From assembly GCA_965248365.1 (NCBI GenBank), contig CBDFJA010000004.1, positions 662,187 to 726,186 on the forward strand: 64,000 bases of DNA, written 5' to 3'. Within the stretch, counting starts at the first letter, position 1. The number at the start of each line of letters is the position of its first letter. Shown in pieces: positions 1-8,525 of the stretch. The position numbers were made by a program, and so were the translations under genes. Below the pieces are notes generated by a model. It was given only the letters and a program-made list of their open reading frames with translations, was not told the origin of the DNA and searched no databases. This DNA is from Bryobacterales bacterium (GTDB taxonomy: Bacteria > Acidobacteriota > Terriglobia > Bryobacterales > UBA6623).

Positions 1-356
1 CGCTGCGGATCGCCATGTGCGGGGAGTTTCTCGGCCACGGCGTTTTCGCCTACCAAGCCGCCCCTGATTTCCGGCTGCTGCTGATGGGGTCGTTGGGCGT
101 CTCCGAGGAAACGGCAGCGACGGTTCTCCCCGTAATCGGCATCATGGATTTTGTAATCGCAGCCCTGGTTCTGGTCAATCCCATCCGAGCCGTCCTGCTG
201 TGGGGAGCCATCTGGGGGCTTCTCACGGGACTGGCGCGTCCTCTTTCCGGCAAGGAAATTTGGGATTTCCTGGAGCGCTTCCCAAATTGGGGCATCCCCT
301 TGGCGTTGCTGTTGGTTCGAGGGGTTCCCAGCAACTGGAGAGATTGGCTGCGCTAA
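1..356 (+). CDS. Hypothetical integral membrane protein, 5' end outside the window
   Basis: The reading frame of ORF 15..356 is open to the window edge. The translation is mostly hydrophobic helices (VLPVIGIMDFVIAALVLVNPIRAVLLWGAIWGLL). No family recognised. Confidence 0.45.
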   Translation, partial: LRIAMCGEFLGHGVFAYQAAPDFRLLLMGSLGVSEETAATVLPVIGIMDFVIAALVLVNPIRAVLLWGAIWGLLTGLARPLSGKEIWDFLERFPNWGIPLALLLVRGVPSNWRDWLR

Positions 357-443
357 CGCGCGGCCGGGCCCTCGTGCCTCAATCTCGTTGAAAACTTCGC
401 GGGTAGGCGTTCATGTGTGTCCCGCCCCGGCAGCCGGCAGCCG

Positions 444-622
444 GGGAGGCGAAGTGCGTGAGAGGCCCCTCAGTACAAGGCGCGCGCCGCCCAGCGCCCC
501 GTTTCTTGAACCATGCGGGCTCCTTCCTTGATCCCTACGTTGAACACGGCGAGCAAGCGCAACGCAGTAATGGCGGGCCTATTGCGTGCTTCGACCGTCA
601 GGTGGTGAGAAATGCGGGCTAG
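444..622 (+). repeat. R1 repeat, copy a (left terminus missing)
   Basis: Aligns to the other R1 copies from GGCGAAGTGCGTGAGAGGCCC through GTGGTGAGAAATGCGGG|CTAG (619-622). Confidence 0.85.
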
Positions 623-1227
623 GATCGCCAGCGGTTGACGAACCATTTCGTCCGCCGGACGTCACAAAGCCGCGGGTCCGGACCTTCTTCCCCGAGAAGA
701 ACCGCCAGCCGCTCCAGATGGCTCCAACCGCAAATGACCAGCGTATTGCGAGTCCGGCCGCCGTGCCGCCTCAGCTTGTCGTACATGAACCGCTCTCGGA
801 GCGCTTGCCAGCGGGCGACTTGCCCGGATGGATATCGGGCGTCCGGCTGGAGATAGTCGCCCGGAATCCCCAGCTTGCGTCTTTCTTGCTTGACGGCGTC
901 AATGGTGACGTATTCGCATCCGTGGGTGTCGGCGAGTTTTTGAGCGATGGTTTCCTCCCCGGCGCGGGTCTCCTCACCGATCAAATCGATCGCATGCTTG
1001 CCGATCAGCCCCTCCAGCATCCGCAAAAAATGATGCTTCTGACCGTGTTCGATCTCGGCGTCGCCAATACCGAGGCTCGCCCTCGGCTGCAAGCTGTGTT
1101 CGCAGCCTACCAAAACGATTGTGGCCGGCAAACTTTGATTGCCTCTCCAAAGTTCGCCGCCGCGCCCCCACCAAGTCGGCCAGGGAACACCCGCCCGCGC
1201 GGCCCCGAAACAACCGTCTGATCGCAT
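619..1227 (-). CDS. Conserved hypothetical protein
   Basis: 202-aa ORF with protein-like segments (IVLVGCEHS, AIDLIGEE, LVICGWSHLERL). Its TAG stop (619-621) lies in the CTAG flank of R1 copy a, as seen for three other genes. The overlapping plus-strand ORF 586..1221 is less protein-like. Confidence 0.45.
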   Translation of the reverse strand: MRSDGCFGAARAGVPWPTWWGRGGELWRGNQSLPATIVLVGCEHSLQPRASLGIGDAEIEHGQKHHFLRMLEGLIGKHAIDLIGEETRAGEETIAQKLADTHGCEYVTIDAVKQERRKLGIPGDYLQPDARYPSGQVARWQALRERFMYDKLRRHGGRTRNTLVICGWSHLERLAVLLGEEGPDPRLCDVRRTKWFVNRWRS

Positions 1228-1460
1228 CGGATCTCTTATCGGTCAAGACGCTGGAATCGCACCGCACAGCGGAACGTCTGGCGGCGCGCCGGTCTACACG
1301 ACGTTCGAGATCCCGGCGTTGGGGAAGAACTTCTTGCGATGAGGTATTGGGGCAGCGCCGTGTTCGCTGCCTCCGGCCAAGGACCGGTAAGATTGCCGGT
1401 CCCTGCTGCGCGCCGCGCCTCGCCGTAAGCGCCGAACGCGAAAACGCCTACCAGACTACT

Positions 1461-1540
1461 GATCCTAGCGACGTGGCGCACGCTTCCAGCGTGCTGTGTC
1501 GGGCTTTCGAGCCCGACATTTCCGAATCTATAATGAGTTC
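1461..1540 (+). repeat. R2 structured repeat, copy a (short form)
   Basis: GATCCTAGCGACGTGGCGCACGC..GCGTGC, followed by a perfect 9-bp hairpin TGTCGGGCT-TTCG-AGCCCGACA (1497-1518). Homologous to 28228-28370 and 49153-49363. Confidence 0.8.
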
Positions 1541-1557
1541 GTCTCCAGGACAGTTTG

Positions 1558-1757
1558 CTAGCTCGCTTTTCTCACCACGTGGCGAGGCGAAGTGCTTGAG
1601 AAGCCCGTCAGTACAAGGCGCGCGCCGCTCAGCGCCGCATTTCTTTAATAATGCGGGCGTACTTGAACCCTACGTTGAGCACGGTGAGCAAGCGCAACGC
1701 GGTAGTGGCGGGCTTATTGCGTGCTTCGACCGTCAGGTGGTGAGAAAAGCGAGCTAG
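1558..1757 (+). repeat. R1 repeat, copy b (full length, CTAG/CTAG flanks)
   Basis: CTAG|CTCGCTTTTCTCACCAC ... GTGGTGAGAAAAGCGAG|CTAG. The terminal inverted repeat is perfect and the element is one long imperfect palindrome. Confidence 0.9.
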
Positions 1758-2863
1758 TCGCTCGCGGACTCTTCGCCCCCAGGCGCGCCAACATTATCGG
1801 GCATCTCCGCGGTCAGCGCTTCCATGAACGCGACCAGGGCGTCGCGCTCCTTGCGAGTCAGATGGTCGAGCTCCTTGAGCTCCTTGTCGCGCCAGGGGTT
1901 GGAATTGCCGGCGCCGATGTAGAAGTCCACAACGTCCTTGAGCGTCGTCAGGCTGCCGTCGTGCATGTAAGGCGCTGATTGCGCAATGTTTCGTAGTGTG
2001 GGAGTTTTGAAGGCGCCCCGGTCCGCATCCTGCTTGGTCACTTCATAGCGGCCCAGGTCGCTCAGCTCGCCCTCGTCGTCGACGCCGACGCCCAGGTTGT
2101 GGAACTTGTTGTCGCTAAACAGCGCCGATTTCTCGTCGATACTGTGGCAAACGGCGCAGTTGCCTTTTTCCTCGTTGCGGAACACCTCCAAACCGAGTTT
2201 GGCGGACTCGCTCAACACCGACTCGTCGCCGCCGTACATGTAGCGGTCGAAGGGCGAATTCCCGCTGAGAACCGTTCGCTCAAAAGAAGCGATCGCCTTG
2301 ACGACCTTGTCGAAGGTTACCGCACCGGGCCCGTAGGCTTTTTCAAATCGCGCCACGTAGCCGGGGTCGCCCGAGAGATCGCCGACCACGCCTTCGACAG
2401 TATGCGCCATCTCAATGGGATTCTGCATCGGCCCGCCGGCCTGGTCTTCGAGGCTGGCGGCTCGCCCGTCCCAAAACTGCGTCGTGTAGTAGGCCGCATT
2501 GATCACGCTGGGCGCCTGCCGGCCGCCTTTCTTGCCGCCTACGCCGCTCGAAAACTGGTCCGGGTCGGCGAAGCCAGCGTCAGGCCGGTGGCAAGAGGCG
2601 CAGGCGATCGTGCCGTCCACCGACAGCAAGGGATCGTAGTAAAGTTGCCGCCCCAGAGCGATGGTTTCCGCCGTCGGCGGATTGTCTTCCGGGATGGGCA
2701 AGGGCGGCAACCCGAGCGGAACCGAGATTTCAACAGTCTCCCCAATCAACTTCGCGGCCGGGGGGGCGACTTCGGGTTCCGGCTGCGGCGCACACGAGAT
2801 GCCAAGAAGAACAATCGCGGATACGGACAGGGCAACCAATTTGAAACGAAGAGCAGCTGTCAC
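1754..2863 (-). CDS. Di-haem cytochrome c peroxidase (CCP/MauG family)
   Basis: 369 aa with a signal peptide, two CxxCH haem motifs (CASCH, CAVCH) and the FKTPTLRN motif typical of bacterial CCPs. Confidence 0.85.
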   Translation of the reverse strand: MTAALRFKLVALSVSAIVLLGISCAPQPEPEVAPPAAKLIGETVEISVPLGLPPLPIPEDNPPTAETIALGRQLYYDPLLSVDGTIACASCHRPDAGFADPDQFSSGVGGKKGGRQAPSVINAAYYTTQFWDGRAASLEDQAGGPMQNPIEMAHTVEGVVGDLSGDPGYVARFEKAYGPGAVTFDKVVKAIASFERTVLSGNSPFDRYMYGGDESVLSESAKLGLEVFRNEEKGNCAVCHSIDEKSALFSDNKFHNLGVGVDDEGELSDLGRYEVTKQDADRGAFKTPTLRNIAQSAPYMHDGSLTTLKDVVDFYIGAGNSNPWRDKELKELDHLTRKERDALVAFMEALTAEMPDNVGAPGGEESASD

Positions 2864-3161
2864 GGTTCACCTCCAGTTCGATGACGTTTCCGGGGACACT
2901 CCCTCCCCGGCCCGCTTCGTTTCGCCACCTGGCGAGAAACGCACGCTAGATCAGGAAGAAGTAAGCTTTTCATGGTTGTTACCTTTGAGGCCGTTTGTCA
3001 ACTGTTGGCGGCCCGCGGATCGAATTCTTGCCAGATTGGTGGGAAATCGGGCGAGATCGATCTCCCCGCGGCGGGCCGAGATCGCCTAGCTCGAAACATG
3101 TCCGGGAACCGTAGAGGGCGAAAAGCGGGTCGGATTCCCGTCGGCCGGGGCCCAGGGGGCG

Positions 3162-3434
3162 CTAACCCGTTTTTCTCACCACGTGGCGAGGCGAAGTGCG
3201 TGAGAGGCCCGTCAGTACAAGGCGCGCGCCGCTTGGCGCCGCATTTCTTGAATGATGCGGGCGTACTTTCGCGGGTGCAGCCTAGCCATTCGTATTGTGG
3301 CTCTAGCGAAAGAAGTAGCGACCCGCGTTCGACGCCCGACCGGGAAAGTACATTGAGCAAGGCGAGCACGCGCAACGCAGTAATGGCGGGCCTATGGCGT
3401 GCTTCGACCGTCGGGTGTGAGAAATGCGGGCTAA
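3162..3434 (+). repeat. R1 repeat, copy c (CTAA/CTAA flanks, expanded apex)
   Basis: CTAA|CCCGTTTTTCTCACCAC ... GTGTGAGAAATGCGGG|CTAA. 81 nt lie between the two apical GTAC motifs (3263-3266, 3348-3351), against 7 nt in other copies. Confidence 0.85.
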
Positions 3435-3503
3435 CCCGGCGGCGTTCCCGCGGGCGCGCGCCACCTAGTGAGTCTCGCAAGTTATGGTCACATCGTCCGC
3501 GTT

Positions 3504-3561
3504 CGGACTCCAGGGGCACAGCTTGCTGTGCTCGGGTTCCAGAGTCACTGCGTTTTGCGAG
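3504..3561 (+). repeat. R5 repeat, copy a (GGGGCACAGC-TGCTGTGC hairpin element)
   Basis: CGGACTCCAGGGGCACAGCTTGCTGTGCTCGGGTTCCAGAGTCACTGCGTTTTGCGAG aligns with 52706-52763. Confidence 0.7.
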
Positions 3562-3609
3562 TGTCCATAGACCCGCAACGCTACTCCTTGCACAACGCTG
3601 CTCCTTGCA

Positions 3610-3638
3610 TTGACAGCCCTCAGGCAGACAGCTATGCT
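3610..3638 (+). promoter_or_regulatory. Candidate sigma70-type promoter of rpsT
   Basis: TTGACA (3610-3615), a 17-nt spacer, then TATGCT (3633-3638), about 60 nt upstream of the rpsT start. Confidence 0.5.
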
Positions 3639-3699
3639 GGAGAAAAGCCGTCCATTGCCCCTCCCAAGTGCGGTACACGGCTTCTTCAAAGGAAATCTC

Positions 3700-3975
3700 G
3701 TGGCAAATACGCGTTCCGCGATCAAGCGCATCCGCCAGACGGCGAAGCAGACCGAGGTCAATCGCCGCAATCGGAGCCGGATGCGAACCCAGGTCAAGAA
3801 GCTCGAAAAAGCGCTTGCCGACAAGGACGCCGATGCCGTCCAGCAACTGTTGAATCCCACGCTGAGCATCGTCGACAAGTCGGTGCAGAAAGGCGTGCTG
3901 AAGAAGAACACCGCTTCGCGGATGAAGTCCCGGCTCACCGTTCTGGCAAAAACCCTCCCAGCGAAAGCGGGCTGA
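3700..3975 (+). CDS. rpsT: 30S ribosomal protein S20
   Basis: A GTG start gives VANTRSAIKRIRQTAKQTEVNRRNRSRMRTQVKK, the canonical S20 N-terminus. About 91 aa. Confidence 0.9.
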   Translation: MANTRSAIKRIRQTAKQTEVNRRNRSRMRTQVKKLEKALADKDADAVQQLLNPTLSIVDKSVQKGVLKKNTASRMKSRLTVLAKTLPAKAG

Positions 3976-3987
3976 ATCAAGCTCCGC

Positions 3988-5058
3988 TTAGCCAGTCAAC
4001 CTGACCACCAGTTGCTCCATGATGATGCGGTCGCCCGGCCGCTCGCGCCGAAGATCCCGATCGGCCTGGAATAAGGAGGTCAGCGCGCCCTCGAGTTCGT
4101 CTTGGGAGAATCGGCGAGCGATATCAAGCACTTGCCTTGCTCTCGACGGCCACATGCGAACGCCGCTTTGTTGGCATTGCCGCATCAACTCCGCGCTGTT
4201 TCGCGCACCCCCTTCTTTCGCCGCCAACGCCTGGCGGAACAGCCCGGCCAGAAGGTTGATCTGCATGGGCCAGTACTCGCCGCTTCTGGCCAGCGTATCG
4301 AGCACGTCGAGCGCCCGCGGACGGTTCTTCCGGGCCAGCGCGTCGGAGAACTCGAATACGCCCCGCTGACGGGCCTCGGGAATCAAAGTCTCGAGATCTT
4401 GGGAGCTGATCGCCCGCCCGTCGGCGGCGTAGAGGGCCAGCTTCTCCAATTCGTTGCCCAGGCGGGCCATGTCGTTCCCTAACATTTCCACCAGCTCGGA
4501 CAAAATGGGCCGCTCGATGTTGAGTCGCAGCTCCTTCACCAATTGCGCGGCGGCCGCGATCGCCTCCTGTGGGGTCAGCCGCCCCAGCTCAACGGTCGCG
4601 GGGACCCCCGCGTAGAACTTCGCCACTCGTTCGAGATTGGCCTTGTCGCCGCGATCATTCCAATCGTAGCGGGTCGCCTCGAACAGCAATACGACCCCGG
4701 CTACCGGGTCGGCGAGATAGTCCGCAAGCGGGTCACTACCGGGGGACGCGGCTGCTGTGCGCGTGGGGACTCGCCTGGGCAGTACGGCTTCCGCATTCAG
4801 ACCGACGATAAGCCGGCGGGGAGCAAACAATGAGAGCGTCCGGGCTTCATCCAGCAGCCGGTTCAAGGGCTGCTCGCCTAGATCGAGATCGATCAACCCT
4901 TCCGGGGAGCCGGTCTCGGGGTGATCCCGGTCGCCCAAGACGGCTTTGATGAGCGCCTGGCGGCAGCGGTCTCGAAAGAACCCTTCATTGCCGAGAAACA
5001 GGTAAGCCGGGGCTGGCGGGGATCGGTCCAGACTGGCGAGAAACTGTTTAGGCTTCAT
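3988..5058 (-). CDS. holA: DNA polymerase III subunit delta
   Basis: 356 aa. The N-terminal AYLFLGNEGFF motif, the length, and the conserved position next to lptE all fit. Confidence 0.8.
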   Translation of the reverse strand: MKPKQFLASLDRSPPAPAYLFLGNEGFFRDRCRQALIKAVLGDRDHPETGSPEGLIDLDLGEQPLNRLLDEARTLSLFAPRRLIVGLNAEAVLPRRVPTRTAAASPGSDPLADYLADPVAGVVLLFEATRYDWNDRGDKANLERVAKFYAGVPATVELGRLTPQEAIAAAAQLVKELRLNIERPILSELVEMLGNDMARLGNELEKLALYAADGRAISSQDLETLIPEARQRGVFEFSDALARKNRPRALDVLDTLARSGEYWPMQINLLAGLFRQALAAKEGGARNSAELMRQCQQSGVRMWPSRARQVLDIARRFSQDELEGALTSLFQADRDLRRERPGDRIIMEQLVVRLTG

Positions 5059-5064
5059 CTCGAT

Positions 5065-5598
5065 TCAGAAACCTTCGAGCACGGCGGAAACCAGGCTCCG
5101 CGCCAACCCGTCGCCCGTCCGCGCCAAGGCGGCCCGCCTCTCCTCCAAATAGGCTTCCGGATCGATCGTGACCTCGTAGCGCTCACGGTACTCGAAGGCC
5201 GGGTTCTGGTAGATCACCTTGGCCGTGTTGCGCTCGATCAACGCGACCTGGACCTGGGTCAGAGTGGCAACGCTGGTCGACCGGCCCGTCTTGGGGTCGA
5301 ACACGACGGGGAAAACGAAGAAGTTGAGTACCGTGCCCGTCAGGGTCGCGTCGGCCTCCGCCGGGTCGCTGACGATCCGATAGCGCGTGCGCGTCATGAA
5401 TTCCTGTGCGACCGCGCTGGTCACGTACTGCTCGATCTTGAATTCGGTCGTGTTGTTTCTAAACGTGGGAATGGCGATGGTGTGGACGGTATCGGGTACC
5501 GTGTCGGCGCGTCCCGCCAGGCGATAGCCGCAGGAGCCGGCGGAAAAAGCAACCGCCAACCAGACGACGGCGGAACCATACGCGGGGTTAACGCGCAT
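5065..5598 (-). CDS. lptE: LPS-assembly lipoprotein LptE-like
   Basis: 177 aa with a lipoprotein signal ending in a lipobox (AFSAGSC). Followed by IAIPTFRNNTTEFKIEQ. The lptE-holA gene order is conserved. Confidence 0.7.
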   Translation of the reverse strand: MRVNPAYGSAVVWLAVAFSAGSCGYRLAGRADTVPDTVHTIAIPTFRNNTTEFKIEQYVTSAVAQEFMTRTRYRIVSDPAEADATLTGTVLNFFVFPVVFDPKTGRSTSVATLTQVQVALIERNTAKVIYQNPAFEYRERYEVTIDPEAYLEERRAALARTGDGLARSLVSAVLEGF

Positions 5599-5660
5599 TT
5601 CTCACCACCTGACGCCTCTCGCGCACTTCGCCCCGCCAGCTGGTGAGAAAAGCGGGTTAG
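5588..5660 (-). repeat. R1 repeat, copy d (73-bp internally deleted mini-copy, TTAA/TTAG flanks)
   Basis: Retains both R1 termini (TTAA|CGCGCATTTCTCACCACCTGACG ... CTGGTGAGAAAAGCGGG|TTAG). It overlaps the lptE start codon. Confidence 0.8.
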
Positions 5661-5824
5661 CGCGCCTTCGAGCGTACAACGGCGCCATTCCTTTGTGGGG
5701 ACCAAGCTTCCCGAACGGCGGACACGAGCCCGCGGAAGAGTTTGCCCCATCTAGGCAAATAAAACAAGCGCTACTCAACATGTTGTAGTCAAAAACGCCG
5801 AATTTCGTTCTCGGTGACAGAGTC

Positions 5825-6706
5825 CTAGCGCGGGTCCGCGACCGACTCCCTGACCGCGTGTTCCGACCTTGCGACCGACCGGCGTCGGCGCCGAAACAGC
5901 CCCCCAATGCGCGTCACAATGCCGCTGAGCACGAAGGTGGAGGCCATCGCCAGCAACACCGGCTCCGAGAAGTTCCAGATGAGATAAATCAAAGTCGCGA
6001 AGAAAACGACCATCACCAACGACGGAATCTGGAGAAGACCGACGTCCTTCAAGCTCGCATACCGCCAAGTCGAGATCATCAGAAATGAAAGCAGCGCGAT
6101 CAGCACCAGCCAGAGAATGCCCCAGGGCCACCAATTCTGGATCGGGTACCCACCGCAAAAGTGCACGACCGCGGCCAGCATCCCCGCGGCCGGAGGAATC
6201 GGCAGACCCACGAAGTAGCGGCGTCCGGGGTGCCCCGGGTTCTTCGGCGTCGGATTTTTCTGCACGTTGAAGCGCGCCAGGCGGGCGGCGCCGCAGGTCA
6301 GGTAAAGGAACGTCATCAGGTACCCGATGGCCGGCAGCCAGTCGGCCAACCAGAGGCCGGCGGCCAGCTCAGGGGAGCGAATCCCCCAGGCGAAAGCCAG
6401 CGTGGCCGGCGCGACGCCGAACGTGATCGCATCGGCCAGCGAGTCGATCTCACGTCCAAAGTCGCTGACGGCGTTGGTCATCCGCGCTATGCGGCCATCC
6501 ATGCCGTCGGTAAACACCGCCAGACCGATGGCCAAGGCGGCGTGGTTGTAAAGCCGGGCCGCCTCGTCTCCCAGGTCGGGCGGCAGCGAGATCGCCTGTA
6601 CGGTCTTCATCAGGCAGTAGTAGCCGCAAAACAGCGTACCCACAGTGAAAACCGTAGGCAGGGCATACGTTCGACGAGGGTTCCTCGTGGTTTGGATTTC
6701 GCCCAT
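5825..6706 (-). CDS. pssA: CDP-diacylglycerol--serine O-phosphatidyltransferase
   Basis: CDP-alcohol phosphatidyltransferase motif DGMDGRIARMTNAVSDFGREIDSLADAITFG. Polytopic membrane protein, immediately downstream of psd. Confidence 0.85.
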   Translation of the reverse strand: MGEIQTTRNPRRTYALPTVFTVGTLFCGYYCLMKTVQAISLPPDLGDEAARLYNHAALAIGLAVFTDGMDGRIARMTNAVSDFGREIDSLADAITFGVAPATLAFAWGIRSPELAAGLWLADWLPAIGYLMTFLYLTCGAARLARFNVQKNPTPKNPGHPGRRYFVGLPIPPAAGMLAAVVHFCGGYPIQNWWPWGILWLVLIALLSFLMISTWRYASLKDVGLLQIPSLVMVVFFATLIYLIWNFSEPVLLAMASTFVLSGIVTRIGGLFRRRRRSVARSEHAVRESVADPR

Positions 6707-6707
6707 T

Positions 6708-7313
6708 CTATGAATCCCGTCGACGAGCTAGAATCGAGCTCCCCCCTTTGACGCGCTGCCCCCGTTGCACCAACAAGTCCCACTCCGGTCCCAGCAAGAT
6801 GTCGACGCGGGAGCCGAACTTGATCAAGCCGAATCGCTCTCCTTTTTCGACGACGTCGCCCTTGGACTTGTGGCAAACAATGCGCCGAGCCACCAGCCCG
6901 GCGATCTGTCTGACGACCACTGTCGCGCTTCCCGACTCGATCGTCAAGCTCGTCTGTTCGTTTTCCACCGACGCGCTTTCCCGATTCGCCAAGCGGAACT
7001 TCCCCGGCCGGTACTCGAAGGCCGTAATGCGGCCACTAACAGGCATGCGATTGACGTGGACGTCAAAGATATTGAGGAACACGCTAACCCGCCGGCCACC
7101 GTCTCCGCTCGGCTGCAACCCGACCACTTTCCCGTCGGCCGGCGAAACAGCGACGGCGCCAGCGGGAATCTCCCTCTCCGGGTCACGGAAAAAGTACAGG
7201 CAGAAGGCGGCCATCACGAAAAAAGGAAGCCCCCAAGCCGGCGACGAAAATAGACTTGCCAGAAGCCCCCCCGAAGAGAGACCAACCCCGTAGTGGATCC
7301 CGTCACGCACCAT
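6708..7313 (-). CDS. psd: Phosphatidylserine decarboxylase proenzyme (short form)
   Basis: 201 aa. Contains the LIKFGSRVD motif with the self-cleavage GS site. Forms an operon with pssA. Confidence 0.8.
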   Translation of the reverse strand: MVRDGIHYGVGLSSGGLLASLFSSPAWGLPFFVMAAFCLYFFRDPEREIPAGAVAVSPADGKVVGLQPSGDGGRRVSVFLNIFDVHVNRMPVSGRITAFEYRPGKFRLANRESASVENEQTSLTIESGSATVVVRQIAGLVARRIVCHKSKGDVVEKGERFGLIKFGSRVDILLGPEWDLLVQRGQRVKGGSSILARRRDS

Positions 7314-7348
7314 CGATCGCCGTGCTCCGCAGGCTATTGTACCAGCCC

Positions 7349-7486
7349 CTAACCTGCTTTTCTGCTTTTGAAATAGGCCCTGTCTGTAACATGAATTACG
7401 TTACGGGGCATATTTTCATTTCGCGGGCCGGACGAAGTTCATCGTCACTCACCAGGTGGCGAGGCGAAGTACGTGAGAGGAGCGGG
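7349..7486 (+). repeat. R3 repeat, copy a (R1-like terminus, different core)
   Basis: CTAA|CCTGCTTTTCTGCTTTTGAAATAGGCCCTGTCTGTAACATGAATTACGTTACGGGG..., ending in an R1 left-arm-like CTCACCAGGTGGCGAGGCGAAGTACGTGAGAGG. Homologous to 61328-61520 and 30440-30490. Confidence 0.7.
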
Positions 7487-7586
7487 ATCGAAACAAAGCA
7501 CTTAACCTGAAGCGATGGCCGCCTGTACCGCCTGTACCCGATTTTCCGTTGTCTCGTCAGCGCGCTGTCTAGTCCGACCGATTTCG

Positions 7587-8525
7587 TTAGGCCAAAAGCT
7601 GCCGCAAGTTGCCGCCCAGGATTGCGGCAACCTCATCCGCGGCGAGCGAAAGCCGCTCGAATACCGGGAGCTGAGCTTCGAGAACCGCCGCATTCCAACC
7701 GCGCGGGAAGAAGGATGAGTCCGAGCCGAAGAGCAGGCGGTTCGCGCCGTAGACGGCAAGCGCTTGCGCGAAGACGGCATGGAGGTCGAGCGGGGGAACC
7801 TGATACTTCGTCCAGGAGTTCGAGCTCGACGTGTCGAGATAAATGTTAGCCGCGAGATCCCCCAGCATCAAGACCTCCCGGAAGTAGCCCGCGCCGAAGT
7901 GAGGAATCACGAAGTTCACTTTCGGGAACTCGAGCGCCACTCGGTGCAGATCGATCGGGTTCGAGTAGCTCATGTCGAATTTCGACGGCAGCCCCAGCTT
8001 GTTCCGGACGCCGACGGTCAGCACCCCCATATGAACGAAGACGACGACGCCGGGGCGCTCGGAAGCAAGCTCGTAGATGGGCTTGAGGCGGTCATCTTGG
8101 ACGGAGAATCGATGCATCGCCGGAAACAGGCAAATGCCGCGCAGTCCGAATTTGTCGAGCGCCGCCTCGGTTCGCTCCGCGGCGTCGGGCGCCAACGGGT
8201 TGAGCATGAAATAGCCCCAGAAGCGATCGGGAAATGCTCGAACAGCGTCAGCCGCCGATTGCTCGTCGCCCGGAACGCTAGCGATCAACACAGCCTTTTC
8301 GACACCGTGTCGGTCAAGCTCCTCCACCCATCGTGCGGCCAGTTGGGCGTTGTCCTCGGACGGCAGGTCCCAACCGAGTTGCTCGACCATGGTTTCGACG
8401 GGCCGCTCCGGCGGCAGGTCTTTTTTCTGCGAGGCCAAGGCCTTGAAAAAATCGCGTGAAAAAAGATGCGCGTGCACATCGCGGACAGCAAGGTCACCCC
8501 AGGAAGTTTTCATTTGGATCCTCAA
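7587..8525 (-). CDS. Amidohydrolase-family (TIM-barrel metal-dependent hydrolase) protein
   Basis: 312 aa with an N-terminal DVHAHLF metal-binding motif and a later HMGV/IPHFG-type motif. The start could be 8513. Confidence 0.6.
   Translation of the reverse strand: MRIQMKTSWGDLAVRDVHAHLFSRDFFKALASQKKDLPPERPVETMVEQLGWDLPSEDNAQLAARWVEELDRHGVEKAVLIASVPGDEQSAADAVRAFPDRFWGYFMLNPLAPDAAERTEAALDKFGLRGICLFPAMHRFSVQDDRLKPIYELASERPGVVVFVHMGVLTVGVRNKLGLPSKFDMSYSNPIDLHRVALEFPKVNFVIPHFGAGYFREVLMLGDLAANIYLDTSSSNSWTKYQVPPLDLHAVFAQALAVYGANRLLFGSDSSFFPRGWNAAVLEAQLPVFERLSLAADEVAAILGGNLRQLLA

Noticed and set aside
413-622. A conserved 60 or so codon open frame in every R1 copy (FSPRGEAKCVRGPSVQGARRSAPHFLNNAGVLE.YVEHGEQAQR..GG.IACFDRQVVRNAG), which the ORF track reports repeatedly (for example 413-622, 60717-60968 and the tails of 1119-1757 and 2972-3613).
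   Set aside because: There is no start codon or RBS inside the element. The frame opens at the terminal repeat and closes at the flanking CTAG. Conservation is explained by the palindromic DNA/RNA structure (compensatory changes are seen). The copies occur in both orientations and as deletion derivatives.
586-1221. Plus-strand 211-aa ORF overlapping the minus-strand ORF 619-1227.
   Set aside because: The minus-strand translation has more protein-like, motif-bearing segments, and its stop codon shows the same R1/CTAG coupling seen for three well-supported genes. Only one of the two can be real; confidence remains moderate.
1519-1540. An R2-borne outward promoter (TTCGAG-N17-TATAAT in copy a).
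   Set aside because: The -35 match is poor, and the -10 hexamer is degraded in copy b (TATTGT) and absent in copy c. It is therefore not a conserved property of the family and is kept only as a note inside the R2 finding.
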